Shown here one piece after another: positions 1 to 8,665 of a stretch of 64,000 bases of DNA. The DNA is taken from positions 32,001 to 96,000 of the IMG/VR virus record IMGVR_UViG_3300049020_000031. One strand, given 5' to 3'. Source of the DNA: a virus. The position numbers and the translations under genes are program-made. A model generated the notes under the pieces. It was given only the letters and a program-made list of their open reading frames with translations, searched no databases and had not been told where the DNA came from. Each line of letters opens with the position of its first letter. The stretch's first letter is position 1.

Positions 1-19
1 AGTCAACACTCACCATCAA

Positions 20-679
20 TTAAGTTGGTGTGAAGTTGCTAGTTTGAGCAAAACCCTTGGTGATGGTCATCGGACCGTAATAGCCATTACCATTGAGGCT
101 TTGGCCTGTTCTCGCACCGATTTCCCAGCTACTTGCCGTATAGTTTCTGAAGTCTGGTCTGGCCGCTGAAGTGGCTACCACAGTACCGTTCTTGAACATT
201 CTAAAAATATTGGTTGTGACGTCATGTGACAAAGTCATGTTCACCCAAGTATTGAGCGTAGGCGTTTCAGTGTATGTAATAACATTGACTATCGCATCAC
301 CACAATTCCAAGTACCAAAAGAACCGTAATACTGCAATGGATAGAACACATCTGCTCCAAATACACCCAAAAGGTTGTTGAATGTATTGGTTGATGGATA
401 CAACCACCCACTTATGGTATATGAGTCAGTTCTGATGTTGAGAGATTTCGACAATGTGAAACGCAACCCGCCAGAAGAACCGACCATTCTCAACGAACCA
501 TCCTGCCCTGGTCTAGTGACCGTCGTAGATATGCTGGCGCCACCAGCAACCGTGAATGCACCCGCGGTTCCTGTTGAATCTACCGGTACTACCGAGGTCC
601 CGTTATTGGTAAACCCCAGAGAGAATATCACTTCTTGATTGGCTACCACTGTTGATTTCTTCTTACTAATGTATATCAT
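20..679 (-). CDS. LamG/concanavalin A-like beta-sandwich protein, possible virion decoration
   Basis: YTISGWLYP...LNTWVNMTL...FRMFKNG...IG...G...FTP pattern typical of LamG_3 domains; rich in T/S/G. Confidence 0.7.
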   Translation of the reverse strand: MIYISKKKSTVVANQEVIFSLGFTNNGTSVVPVDSTGTAGAFTVAGGASISTTVTRPGQDGSLRMVGSSGGLRFTLSKSLNIRTDSYTISGWLYPSTNTFNNLLGVFGADVFYPLQYYGSFGTWNCGDAIVNVITYTETPTLNTWVNMTLSHDVTTNIFRMFKNGTVVATSAARPDFRNYTASSWEIGARTGQSLNGNGYYGPMTITKGFAQTSNFTPT

Positions 680-861
680 AATTTCCTTCTTATGGCTAGA
701 TGTCTAACTCTTTCTAATTCAAAAATCTCAGTGTCAAGCTCGTGATCTTCTTGATGCTTCTTCAGGAAAACCACACATTCATCAACAAAGGCTTCTATAT
801 CCTGGATCGTAATCCGGGCGTCCTTACCCATATCTTCTATCAGTTTCAGTATCGAGCTCAT
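676..861 (-). CDS. small hypothetical protein
   Basis: 61 aa; stop overlaps the start of the downstream gene (ATGA). Confidence 0.4.
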   Translation of the reverse strand: MSSILKLIEDMGKDARITIQDIEAFVDECVVFLKKHQEDHELDTEIFELERVRHLAIRRKL

Positions 862-1330
862 TGCATTCCTGGAACGTGTATGGTTGCAACCTGCTTTTAA
901 TCTTCACAGGGGTGACCACCAGTCCGTAATCTCTGGCACTATTCACCAGCATGTGATATTTATGGTCGCAGTAACGCGCCAACATGGTGAAATATATGTG
1001 AACGAATATGCCACCATGCATCACATTGCCCCAAGGATCAATCAAACCGGATATGTTGTGCGCGAGTTCATGCGTAATCACCGTGATGTTTCTGCTCCAG
1101 CGGGGCATTGAAATGACCCCAGTTTCAGATCGAGCAGATATTGAACCCCGACCATCACGAACTCTTGGCGGCTCCAGGTTAATACCCAGGTCACCCCATA
1201 TTTCATTTACGTGTCTTTGGCATCCATCTAGAGTCAGGTAGGTTCTTTTGCAATCTGGGAGGACTGAATCTTCCCAGGAATAGAACGGAAATGTCTGATC
1301 CATCGATACCGATGATCTCATCACAGTCAT
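824..1330 (-). CDS. SprT-like zinc metalloprotease
   Basis: HELAH followed by HGGIF; TAAATA box upstream. Confidence 0.6.
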   Translation of the reverse strand: MTVMRSSVSMDQTFPFYSWEDSVLPDCKRTYLTLDGCQRHVNEIWGDLGINLEPPRVRDGRGSISARSETGVISMPRWSRNITVITHELAHNISGLIDPWGNVMHGGIFVHIYFTMLARYCDHKYHMLVNSARDYGLVVTPVKIKSRLQPYTFQECNELDTETDRRYG

Positions 1331-1428
1331 GACGAAGCCTCCCCTATACCCAACACTTTACTGGATATTTAAGGGGAGGCCAGGGACCTATAACAACCAC
1401 GTTTGTGTGGTTGTTGAGTTGCAGGAGC

Positions 1429-1869
1429 TTAGGCTGCTGACGGCTCTTGGCTTGCGTCGCCGGATACTTCCTTGACGATCACATCGTTGGTTTTGGTGAT
1501 TTCATGAGTGTCAGATGCTTGTGGGGCTTGGTACTCGGAGACCGTGAACGTTTCTTCGGTCTGATCTTCGGCTTCCAAGGCTTTGACTGTAAACCAGCCA
1601 TAGCCAACGTCCACCAGCTTGTAGGTGGTGCCAATCTCGAGAGCCGGTGCACCTGCAGCGGCCACATCAGCATCGTCGATTTGAACTTCAGATGTTCCAC
1701 CATCACGGAGAGCCACCATCACCTTGGTGTTCTTGCCGCTGACTCGATAGCTGGGGCGCAGAGCCAAGTAGGCTTGGCCACCACGAGTCAGGCTCTTGAG
1801 GCGGAGTCGGGTATTGGAACCCAGGAGTGAAGTTGCTTGTTTGTTGAGAGTAAGAGCTAGCACGGTCAT
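1429..1869 (-). CDS. hypothetical protein
   Basis: ORF; start refined to MTVLAL after an AAGGGA RBS. Confidence 0.65.
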   Translation of the reverse strand: MTVLALTLNKQATSLLGSNTRLRLKSLTRGGQAYLALRPSYRVSGKNTKVMVALRDGGTSEVQIDDADVAAAGAPALEIGTTYKLVDVGYGWFTVKALEAEDQTEETFTVSEYQAPQASDTHEITKTNDVIVKEVSGDASQEPSAA

Positions 1870-2045
1870 CGGAGGGATCCCTTCTGAAGTAAAACGAATG
1901 AAAAGTATGACTAATGAAATATCATCAGCCGCAATTGAATTTAACACAGTTCATTCATTTGTCAAAGCATTTTCAGCGCTAATTGAACATTTTTCAAGTA
2001 AGCAAAACTTTACATTACCTTGGTAGAAAATCGAGGATTCAATCA

Positions 2046-2053
2046 CATAAATA
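2046..2053 (+). promoter_or_regulatory. T4-like late promoter (CATAAATA)
   Basis: TAAATA box ~25 nt upstream of the 2079 ATG, with an AGGAGG RBS. Confidence 0.6.
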
Positions 2054-2078
2054 GAAACATTAAAGGAGGCTTTTTGCC

Positions 2079-2789
2079 ATGAACTTTCTCACTAAACTGT
2101 TTCAGAAAATTACCGCTCTGCTTCTGGGTAAGAAGCGTGAACCAGACTTGACCGAAGCCATCAAGGTCAAGTATCCAGATGCTCTTTATATCAAGGACAT
2201 TTTCCCTGCATCCACTTTGAACATCGAATTCGTAGTTCTCCCAAGTGTAGCAGATGGTGGCCTTCCTGATGATCTCAAGGAAGTCATTCAACGTAAGGAC
2301 GGATATGTCACCGTGGTATTCACTGGTGAAACTGCCGTGGCAGTTGCTGCCCTGAAGGATGACCCAGCAAGCGTTGCTGAAATCCTGACTGACAAGCTGT
2401 TGTCTATGACAACCATTGACGAAACGATCGTCAAGGTTCTGGATCAACTGACAGAAGCATACAACAAGATTATCCCAGGCAAGAAGCTGGCCGAAGACGC
2501 TCTGATGAAGAAGCTGTTGGGTATGGCTGCTGCTCTGATGAAGCGTAGCGAGACTTTTGCCTCAGCGAAAGAACTGTATGCCGCTCTGTTGTCAACTGTG
2601 CTGGTAAACGGCCACGTTCAAATCGAATTGCCAGAAAAGCTGGAAGGCAAGTTGGCTAAGTTGGGTCTGGCTAAGCTGGCTGAAAAGAATGAAACCGCTG
2701 CTTTGGCAGTTAAGATGTTGGAAGGTCAAATCAACAACATCCTGGAAGCTGTTCTGAAGAACCTGAAGGGTGACGTAGTAGTCGTCTAA
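2079..2789 (+). CDS. hypothetical late protein with amphipathic N-terminus
   Basis: 236 aa, strong RBS, terminator downstream. Confidence 0.75.
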   Translation: MNFLTKLFQKITALLLGKKREPDLTEAIKVKYPDALYIKDIFPASTLNIEFVVLPSVADGGLPDDLKEVIQRKDGYVTVVFTGETAVAVAALKDDPASVAEILTDKLLSMTTIDETIVKVLDQLTEAYNKIIPGKKLAEDALMKKLLGMAAALMKRSETFASAKELYAALLSTVLVNGHVQIELPEKLEGKLAKLGLAKLAEKNETAALAVKMLEGQINNILEAVLKNLKGDVVVV

Positions 2790-2803
2790 GGTTTTACCAA
2801 AAT

Positions 2804-2830
2804 AAAAGATCCCACATCGTGGGATCTTTT
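2804..2830. terminator. bidirectional intrinsic terminator
   Basis: AAAAGATCCCAC-ATC-GTGGGATCTTTT between convergent genes. Confidence 0.75.
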
Positions 2831-3079
2831 TCATGGAAGAAATTTGTATGAAGTCATCGCCATTCTGAATCCATACACATCAGCCTCGTCGTACAAATAT
2901 ACTAGACTGAATGACATCCGCGCGAGTTGATGGTAAGAACCATCAGGAAGCCCATTCAAATATTCCGTGACTTCAGTTCCTGGGAACTGAATCATGAATA
3001 CCCCCGCTGGTTCCCTTTCATCCCCAGGAAACCGGTCTAATGGTTTCTTGGGTTTTATCAGGGCGAAATGGATCATCAA
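2831..3079 (-). CDS. small protein of the 'FKL-motif' paralog family
   Basis: C-terminal YLYDEADVYGFRMAM. Confidence 0.55.
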   Translation of the reverse strand: MMIHFALIKPKKPLDRFPGDEREPAGVFMIQFPGTEVTEYLNGLPDGSYHQLARMSFSLVYLYDEADVYGFRMAMTSYKFLP

Positions 3080-3465
3080 ATCTTCGAGATATCACCCAGA
3101 AGAGCTGGCAGTTCCTTTTCACCAAAGAAACTATGCAGAACTTCACTCATCTTGATGACCTTCTGAACAACCAGATAGGGCTCTTGACCCAGGATGTCTG
3201 GGATCTGGGTGGAATCAAGGAACGTGGCCAGTGGCATTTCAACATTGTACTTGTTGAGGGCACCGTTATTGTGTGAACCAGTAGCAGTCGATTTGGTAAC
3301 CGTACCAAACGAAAGTTTCACCAACGAACCAGTGACAATCATTTCGATTTCACGGTACACCTTGGCCGATGGATTCAGTGCCAGTTCTTTATCAGCACCG
3401 GGGGTTTTCACATACTTGACGAACTTGATTTCTGCGACGTTCAGGAGTTCTTCTACTTGGGACAT
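3076..3465 (-). CDS. hypothetical protein
   Basis: start refined to MSQVEE after an AAGGA RBS. Confidence 0.7.
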   Translation of the reverse strand: MSQVEELLNVAEIKFVKYVKTPGADKELALNPSAKVYREIEMIVTGSLVKLSFGTVTKSTATGSHNNGALNKYNVEMPLATFLDSTQIPDILGQEPYLVVQKVIKMSEVLHSFFGEKELPALLGDISKI

Positions 3466-3524
3466 CGTGGTTTCCTTAAAAGGGTTGTTGCGTTGACTCA
3501 ACTATAACACCAAATGAATAGAGA

Positions 3525-4862
3525 TCAACGTTTTTTCATTTGCTGTTCTGCCACACCGAACGCCGTATAGTCAAACTTTAGATCGACAGCTTGTTTTGAA
3601 TCAAGAGCATTTGTGACATCATAGATGAATCTAGATCTCATGGTGAGCATCAGGGAGTTGAGTTCGATTTCTTTAAATTCTGGCTCATGGGTCATCACAA
3701 CCAACAGATCACTATCGACCACACTGTCGTAAGGGTCGAAATATTCGATGCCACGACTATGGGTCATTTGAGCACCATTGGGATCGTAGTATCGAACTTC
3801 AAAATTTCTAGATGAAAACCATTGAGCAACTTTCATTGATGGTGACTCTCTGGTATCGGCAGAACCAGCTTTGAATCCCATCCCCCAGAAGGTAATGGTT
3901 TTGCCCTTGTTTCCGTTCTTCTCCAGAATCCGTTTCACTTCACTAATTATGTGATGTGCGGCATTGTTGTTGCTTGAAACTATTTGATTCACCATACTCT
4001 CATGCATTGCATTGTTGGCGATTTGTGACCCAAGGGCATGTACATCCTTGGGTAGACAATAACCACCAAAACCAGGACCATGTTTCAAATATTGATCTCC
4101 GATTCGTGGATCAATGGAAATTCCAGTCACGACATCACGAATGTCAGCATCGTAGTTTTCACACAGTTGTGCCAACTCATTCACCATAGCGATACGAGCT
4201 GCTAAAAAGGTGTTCGCAGCCAGCTTGGTTATGACAGCGGAATTGAAACTCATGGGGATGATTGGTGCCCCATTTGCCAGCACCTCGATGACATCGACTA
4301 CATGGGGTTCAAGTGAGTCAAGGGTGCTGGTGGTGGTCCCTACCACCAGCCTATGGGGATGGTTAGCATCATGTAGTGCCTTACCTTCCTGAAAGAATTC
4401 CGGGAGTACCACTAGGCTGGCGAATGTTTTCTCAGGCTCCTTTAGGATATTCTGAATCGTATCCACGGCCATGGTAGAACGAACGAATACATAATGTGGG
4501 GAAATTTCTGTTTCCTTGAGGCCATACCTACAGCTATTGAATACGGATGAGATGGCATAAGAATCAAGATGTGTGCGGACTGACTGTGGTGTACCAACAC
4601 AGATGAACACCAACATACTCTCGTCCATTTCTTCAGGCCAGAAATTATTTTTGTGATCTCTACAGATCTCCAGAGACCCGTCAGAGATAAGTTCTGAAAC
4701 CGCCTCCTTGACTCCAGGCTCATCGATGTGGCAGTCACCATTCAAGAGTTTGCTGATGACCGTTTTGTTCGTGTCAAACCCGATGACTTTGTATCCAGAT
4801 TTGGCGAGGGTGATAGCGGTCGCCAATCCTGAATAACCCAGACCAAACACAGCCGCTCTCAT
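3525..4862 (-). CDS. ugd: UDP-glucose/GDP-mannose 6-dehydrogenase
   Basis: GLGYSG Rossmann motif, ICVGTP, PEFFQEG, KLAANTFLA, catalytic GGYCLPKD, DTRESP. Confidence 0.9.
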   Translation of the reverse strand: MRAAVFGLGYSGLATAITLAKSGYKVIGFDTNKTVISKLLNGDCHIDEPGVKEAVSELISDGSLEICRDHKNNFWPEEMDESMLVFICVGTPQSVRTHLDSYAISSVFNSCRYGLKETEISPHYVFVRSTMAVDTIQNILKEPEKTFASLVVLPEFFQEGKALHDANHPHRLVVGTTTSTLDSLEPHVVDVIEVLANGAPIIPMSFNSAVITKLAANTFLAARIAMVNELAQLCENYDADIRDVVTGISIDPRIGDQYLKHGPGFGGYCLPKDVHALGSQIANNAMHESMVNQIVSSNNNAAHHIISEVKRILEKNGNKGKTITFWGMGFKAGSADTRESPSMKVAQWFSSRNFEVRYYDPNGAQMTHSRGIEYFDPYDSVVDSDLLVVMTHEPEFKEIELNSLMLTMRSRFIYDVTNALDSKQAVDLKFDYTAFGVAEQQMKKR

Positions 4863-5812
4863 TTATGATAGTCCTTATACCATTCCACGAAATTTTTCAA
4901 ACCTTCCGCCATCGAAGTTGTCTTGCAATAGCCGATTCTGGATTGTAACTTATCAACAGACGATCTGGTGATGGAAGATTCATATACTGGCAAATCTATT
5001 TCAATAATTTCTGGTTTCTTTCCCAGTATTTCACCAATCGTCATGATCATCGACTCGACGGAAATAGATCTGCCAGATCCCAGATTGTAGATTTCGTGCG
5101 TACCGGGAACTGCCTTATCCAAGATACCAACTACCATATCAACCAGATCATCCACATATGTGAAGTCCCGTCTAGTCATTATACCACGGAGTAGAACTGG
5201 CTTGTCTTCCATGATAGCCTTGGTGAATAGCCAATATGCCATATCAGGTCGCCCCCATGGTCCGTATGCTGTGAAAAACCGCATACCTACCATAGTCCCA
5301 CCATAACTTTGGTGATGCATGTCGGCCTGTTGTTCGTTCGTGAGTTTACTCAAAGCGTAATTGCTACTGGGGAAAGTTTGATCATGTTCTTTTACTGAGC
5401 TGGTACCCGCACCGTAAACACTTGAGCTACTGGCGTAGAAGATTCTTTCTACGCCATATTTCTGGCAGGCGTCAAGTACCGCTGCCGTCCCCACGACGTT
5501 TGTTTTATACGTTCTGGCTGGATCAACCATTGATGCCGTAACTCCAGGTTGAGCGGCTAGGTGAATTACGGTCTTGATATCGTTTTCCGAAAACAACCTA
5601 TTGAGGTAATCCTGATTCGTGATGTCAGCGTAGAAGAATTTTACCTTACCACCGGTCATCAAAGAATTGAGACGATCTCGTTTTAGCTGCGGTGCGTAAT
5701 AGTTGTTCAAACTATCGACAAGAACCAGGTCCTCACCCATTGCTAGAAGTCGCTCCGAGACTGCTCTACCGATGAAACCTGCCGCCCCAGTGATTAGAAT
5801 TTTACCGTTCAT
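4859..5812 (-). CDS. NAD-dependent epimerase, UDP-glucuronate 4-epimerase-like
   Basis: TGAAGFIG, HLAAQ, YASSSSVYG, YxxxK, RFFTAYGPWGRPDMA, RDFTYVDD. Confidence 0.88.
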   Translation of the reverse strand: MNGKILITGAAGFIGRAVSERLLAMGEDLVLVDSLNNYYAPQLKRDRLNSLMTGGKVKFFYADITNQDYLNRLFSENDIKTVIHLAAQPGVTASMVDPARTYKTNVVGTAAVLDACQKYGVERIFYASSSSVYGAGTSSVKEHDQTFPSSNYALSKLTNEQQADMHHQSYGGTMVGMRFFTAYGPWGRPDMAYWLFTKAIMEDKPVLLRGIMTRRDFTYVDDLVDMVVGILDKAVPGTHEIYNLGSGRSISVESMIMTIGEILGKKPEIIEIDLPVYESSITRSSVDKLQSRIGYCKTTSMAEGLKNFVEWYKDYHK

Positions 5813-5933
5813 TTTTATGCCATTAGTTACCTGGAATTGTACGTTTGGCGTCAATAAATCACAATAAACATCAGATATACCGGTTTAATCTTCGAGGAAA
5901 CTCCCGTAAATAAAGGAAACTTCATCGGGGATT

Positions 5934-6602
5934 ATGATGGCAACTTATTCAACATGGTGGTATTCCAGATGGGAAAAGCTCACCACCCTTGTTTCCAGTA
6001 TCGAATGGACCAAGTTCAGATCGATAGTTCGTGGCGGCAAGAACGGCTACGACCTCACGGAAGCTGATCACGAACTCATCAAACAAAGATTGGCATCCGG
6101 TTACTACATTATCCTCACCAAGAGAGAAACCCATCTTACTACCTACTTCATCTCTCTGATGAGTTTGGTTAAGACTGGAAAGCCATCTGAATACACTCAT
6201 GCCTTGATGAATCTGGACTTGGTCGAGAATCCAGATTCTTTCGAGAAGTTCAAGCTGATGGAAGCAACCAGCAAGGGTGTGCATCTTTCATCTTTCCTGA
6301 ATGTCTTTGATTGCGATTCAGTATGTCTGCTTCAACCTAAGAATGTTAAGGAAGATCACTGGGATGAGATCATGGCCGGGTTGGCTCAGCAAATGGGAAA
6401 GAAGTACGACAACTTGTTCAATATCAACGACGACACATATGTGAGCTGCGTTGAGATGGTTCTAGATGCACTTCGTTTCAGTCCTCAGTATTGGGATGCG
6501 TTTCCACATTTGGAGGAAATGATTAAGAATGTGGGCAACTTGACTCCACAAATGTATCGAGACTGTTCTGATTTTTCAGTAGTGTTGGAAATCAAGAGAT
6601 AA
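5934..6602 (+). CDS. permuted papain-like NlpC/P60 (YiiX/YaeF-like) amidase
   Basis: His (YTHAL) precedes Cys (YVSCVEM); EATSKGV and GKKYD motifs; TAAATA at 5907-5912. Confidence 0.7.
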   Translation: MMATYSTWWYSRWEKLTTLVSSIEWTKFRSIVRGGKNGYDLTEADHELIKQRLASGYYIILTKRETHLTTYFISLMSLVKTGKPSEYTHALMNLDLVENPDSFEKFKLMEATSKGVHLSSFLNVFDCDSVCLLQPKNVKEDHWDEIMAGLAQQMGKKYDNLFNINDDTYVSCVEMVLDALRFSPQYWDAFPHLEEMIKNVGNLTPQMYRDCSDFSVVLEIKR

Positions 6603-6606
6603 AGAA

Positions 6607-6630
6607 ATAGGGGAGCAAACGCTCCCCTAT
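6607..6630. terminator. GGGGAGC-N4-GCTCCCC hairpin, copy 1 of 6
   Basis: inverted repeat between convergent genes. Confidence 0.75.
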
Positions 6631-6923
6631 CCCAATTTGGTCCCATAACCATCCCACCTTAGATAGAACGTCGTCGCATCTTCCTTGTGGTCGAAATAAA
6701 CGGTGTGGCTTGTGATTACATCATCATTGAACCAATAATTTGATGGCTTTTCAAAATCCCTACAAAGAACCGTGTCTAGATTATCTGATAAGAATTGTTC
6801 CAATTCTTTGCGATCTTCTTCGGTTGTTGGGACGGGGATGATGACGAGGAATTTGTCGTCAAGATGCTTATTTCGTGGTTGATATGAATAGCTGTTAGCC
6901 ACGATGCTCTTCCAGATTGCCAC
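6627..6923 (-). CDS. FKL-motif family protein
   Basis: YFDHKEDATTFYLRW. Confidence 0.65.
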   Translation of the reverse strand: MAIWKSIVANSYSYQPRNKHLDDKFLVIIPVPTTEEDRKELEQFLSDNLDTVLCRDFEKPSNYWFNDDVITSHTVYFDHKEDATTFYLRWDGYGTKLG

Positions 6924-6924
6924 T

Positions 6925-7230
6925 TCAAATATCCAGTGATAGTTTGAATCTCACTAGAGATTCAGCCCACATAAAATAGAAATCCGTGTAGCCTGCTGCG
7001 TTCTTGATCATTCTATAGGGTTTACACGTATCAAGGATTTCTTTGATTTCTGGCTTCAATACTGCCAATGAAGATGAGTAATGGGGGTTTATACTAGTGT
7101 GCAGACCCCAGATGTAGCCAAGTTCTGGTTCGAACAACCGATCGCGCTTTGGTTCATCAACTCGGATGTGAAACCCATCCCGGAAATTTCTCCGAAACTT
7201 CTTCTCTTGAAAATAGTGGCTAGTGGTCAT
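6925..7230 (-). CDS. FKL-motif family protein, probably leaderless
   Basis: FYFMWAESLVRFKLSL; TG-T-TACACT-6nt-ATG upstream. Confidence 0.65.
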   Translation of the reverse strand: MTTSHYFQEKKFRRNFRDGFHIRVDEPKRDRLFEPELGYIWGLHTSINPHYSSSLAVLKPEIKEILDTCKPYRMIKNAAGYTDFYFMWAESLVRFKLSLDI

Positions 7231-7245
7231 CTTGCCAGTGTAACA

Positions 7246-7605
7246 TCAATCTAATGATCCATTACCACCAAACATCAACTTAAACTTGATGGCATCTGAG
7301 GAATCCAGAAACCATATAGTCTTCGTCACATCAAGTCGAGTATTGGTGGTGTGGGAGTACCATCTGATGATTTTGAATGGTTGACATTCACTTAGGAAAA
7401 CTAACACGTCCTCGGAAAAATCAATGATCATCATCAATTCTTTCAACGAATAAGTTCGTATCCAGGTGATAGTTTTTGGAGGGAGTTCACTCCAATCACC
7501 GTTGAAATTGAACTTGTTCTCTTCAGTGATGTGAACGCATGATGCGCCAACCAGTTGTGGGCGAATAAGGAAAAGAACTTCTTTGCAGATACGAATAATA
7601 TTCAT
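7246..7605 (-). CDS. FKL-motif family protein, probably leaderless
   Basis: WFLDSSDAIKFKLMF; TG-C-TATCAT-6nt-ATG. Confidence 0.65.
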   Translation of the reverse strand: MNIIRICKEVLFLIRPQLVGASCVHITEENKFNFNGDWSELPPKTITWIRTYSLKELMMIIDFSEDVLVFLSECQPFKIIRWYSHTTNTRLDVTKTIWFLDSSDAIKFKLMFGGNGSLD

Positions 7606-7635
7606 ATGTGCATGATAGCACCATTCCAAATAGGA

Positions 7636-7790
7636 GAGCCCCTAATGGCGTTAGGGGCTCAACGTAGCCTTCACAAAAGAGGGGGTAGCTGTCCCTCTTT
7701 GTCTCGCGTGCTACCGCGAGTTTGACACCTGCATCGCTATAACATAACGGTCCTAAGGTGAAACTTTTTGGTTATTGCTAACCTTCAATC
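7636..7790 (-). ncRNA. candidate structured small RNA (three hairpins, possible kissing loop, terminal hairpin)
   Basis: no listed ORF; TAAATA at 7791-7796 on the minus strand; stems 7726-7760, 7703-7720, 7673-7702 and 7636-7660. Confidence 0.6.
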
Positions 7791-7796
7791 TATTTA

Positions 7797-8213
7797 TTAT
7801 CCAATGTAGGTAATCTTGTCATAAACCGGCCCCTTGTCGTCACCACTGAATGCCAATTTGAAACAGATCAGATCATGCATTGAGATGAAATACAATGGAT
7901 AGACAATTGCGAAGCAATCCCTTGCGTGGCCGGATATCTTAATTTCTTCAGAGGACGAAGGCTTGACATCATACTGTTTTCCCATCTCATATCCCTGACA
8001 AGACTCAAGGAAATCATGTATTTCTGGTTTCCATCCATACTCCAATCCATATTCCAAATTCATACCGTTATGATATGAATTGAAAACTCGGTTGCCATTC
8101 TGATAATTGATGTAGTCGTGTTGATAGATGGGATAAAGATGACCAAACACTCTGGGAAGAAGGCGAAACAACCGTAGATGAATAGCTGCCTTGATCTCTA
8201 GGAATGTTTTCAT
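7797..8213 (-). CDS. FKL-motif family protein, probably leaderless
   Basis: YFISMHDLICFKLAF; TG-C-TATCAT-7nt-ATG. Confidence 0.65.
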   Translation of the reverse strand: MKTFLEIKAAIHLRLFRLLPRVFGHLYPIYQHDYINYQNGNRVFNSYHNGMNLEYGLEYGWKPEIHDFLESCQGYEMGKQYDVKPSSSEEIKISGHARDCFAIVYPLYFISMHDLICFKLAFSGDDKGPVYDKITYIG

Positions 8214-8278
8214 GTTTGGTATGATAGCATCATCGTGAAAAAGCCACTATTTTGTAGTGGCTTTTGTGGGGAACTTAT

Positions 8279-8665
8279 TTAATAAGGATCGTATGAATCA
8301 CGATCATCATATTGATCAGACTTGGAATCTGCATCTTCCCAAGCCTTCTCACCCAATTGATTCATCACCGCTGGGGGAACTGCATCCGTGATGTCTTCAC
8401 CAGTGGAAAGACGGAAGACTGAAAGGCTTTCCAGTTCCGGATATTCCGCTGGGTGACTGTCACCCGGATCTGCGGTAATCTTTGCTGGGCGATACTTTCC
8501 AGATATGGAATAGTTGATGCCCACATCAAACTCTTCCTCATAATCAGGATCATTGCCCGGATCTTTGAATGGGTTATCGATTGTCCAGTTAAAGTCGTAA
8601 CGTGCTGGAGCTTCAGAAAGACCTTGAATAAGGTCCATGCTTTCTCTTAGGGAAATTCTTTTCAT
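8279..8665 (-). CDS. acidic hypothetical protein, possible capsid-internal protein
   Basis: N-terminus MKRISLRES...LSEA; last gene of a late operon. Confidence 0.6.
   Translation of the reverse strand: MKRISLRESMDLIQGLSEAPARYDFNWTIDNPFKDPGNDPDYEEEFDVGINYSISGKYRPAKITADPGDSHPAEYPELESLSVFRLSTGEDITDAVPPAVMNQLGEKAWEDADSKSDQYDDRDSYDPY

Noticed and set aside
7740-7760. Cloning-vector I-CeuI site or rRNA gene fragment contamination
   Set aside because: The site is incomplete (one base missing, diverges after AAGGT), flanks are neither rRNA nor vector, and it is integrated into a local hairpin
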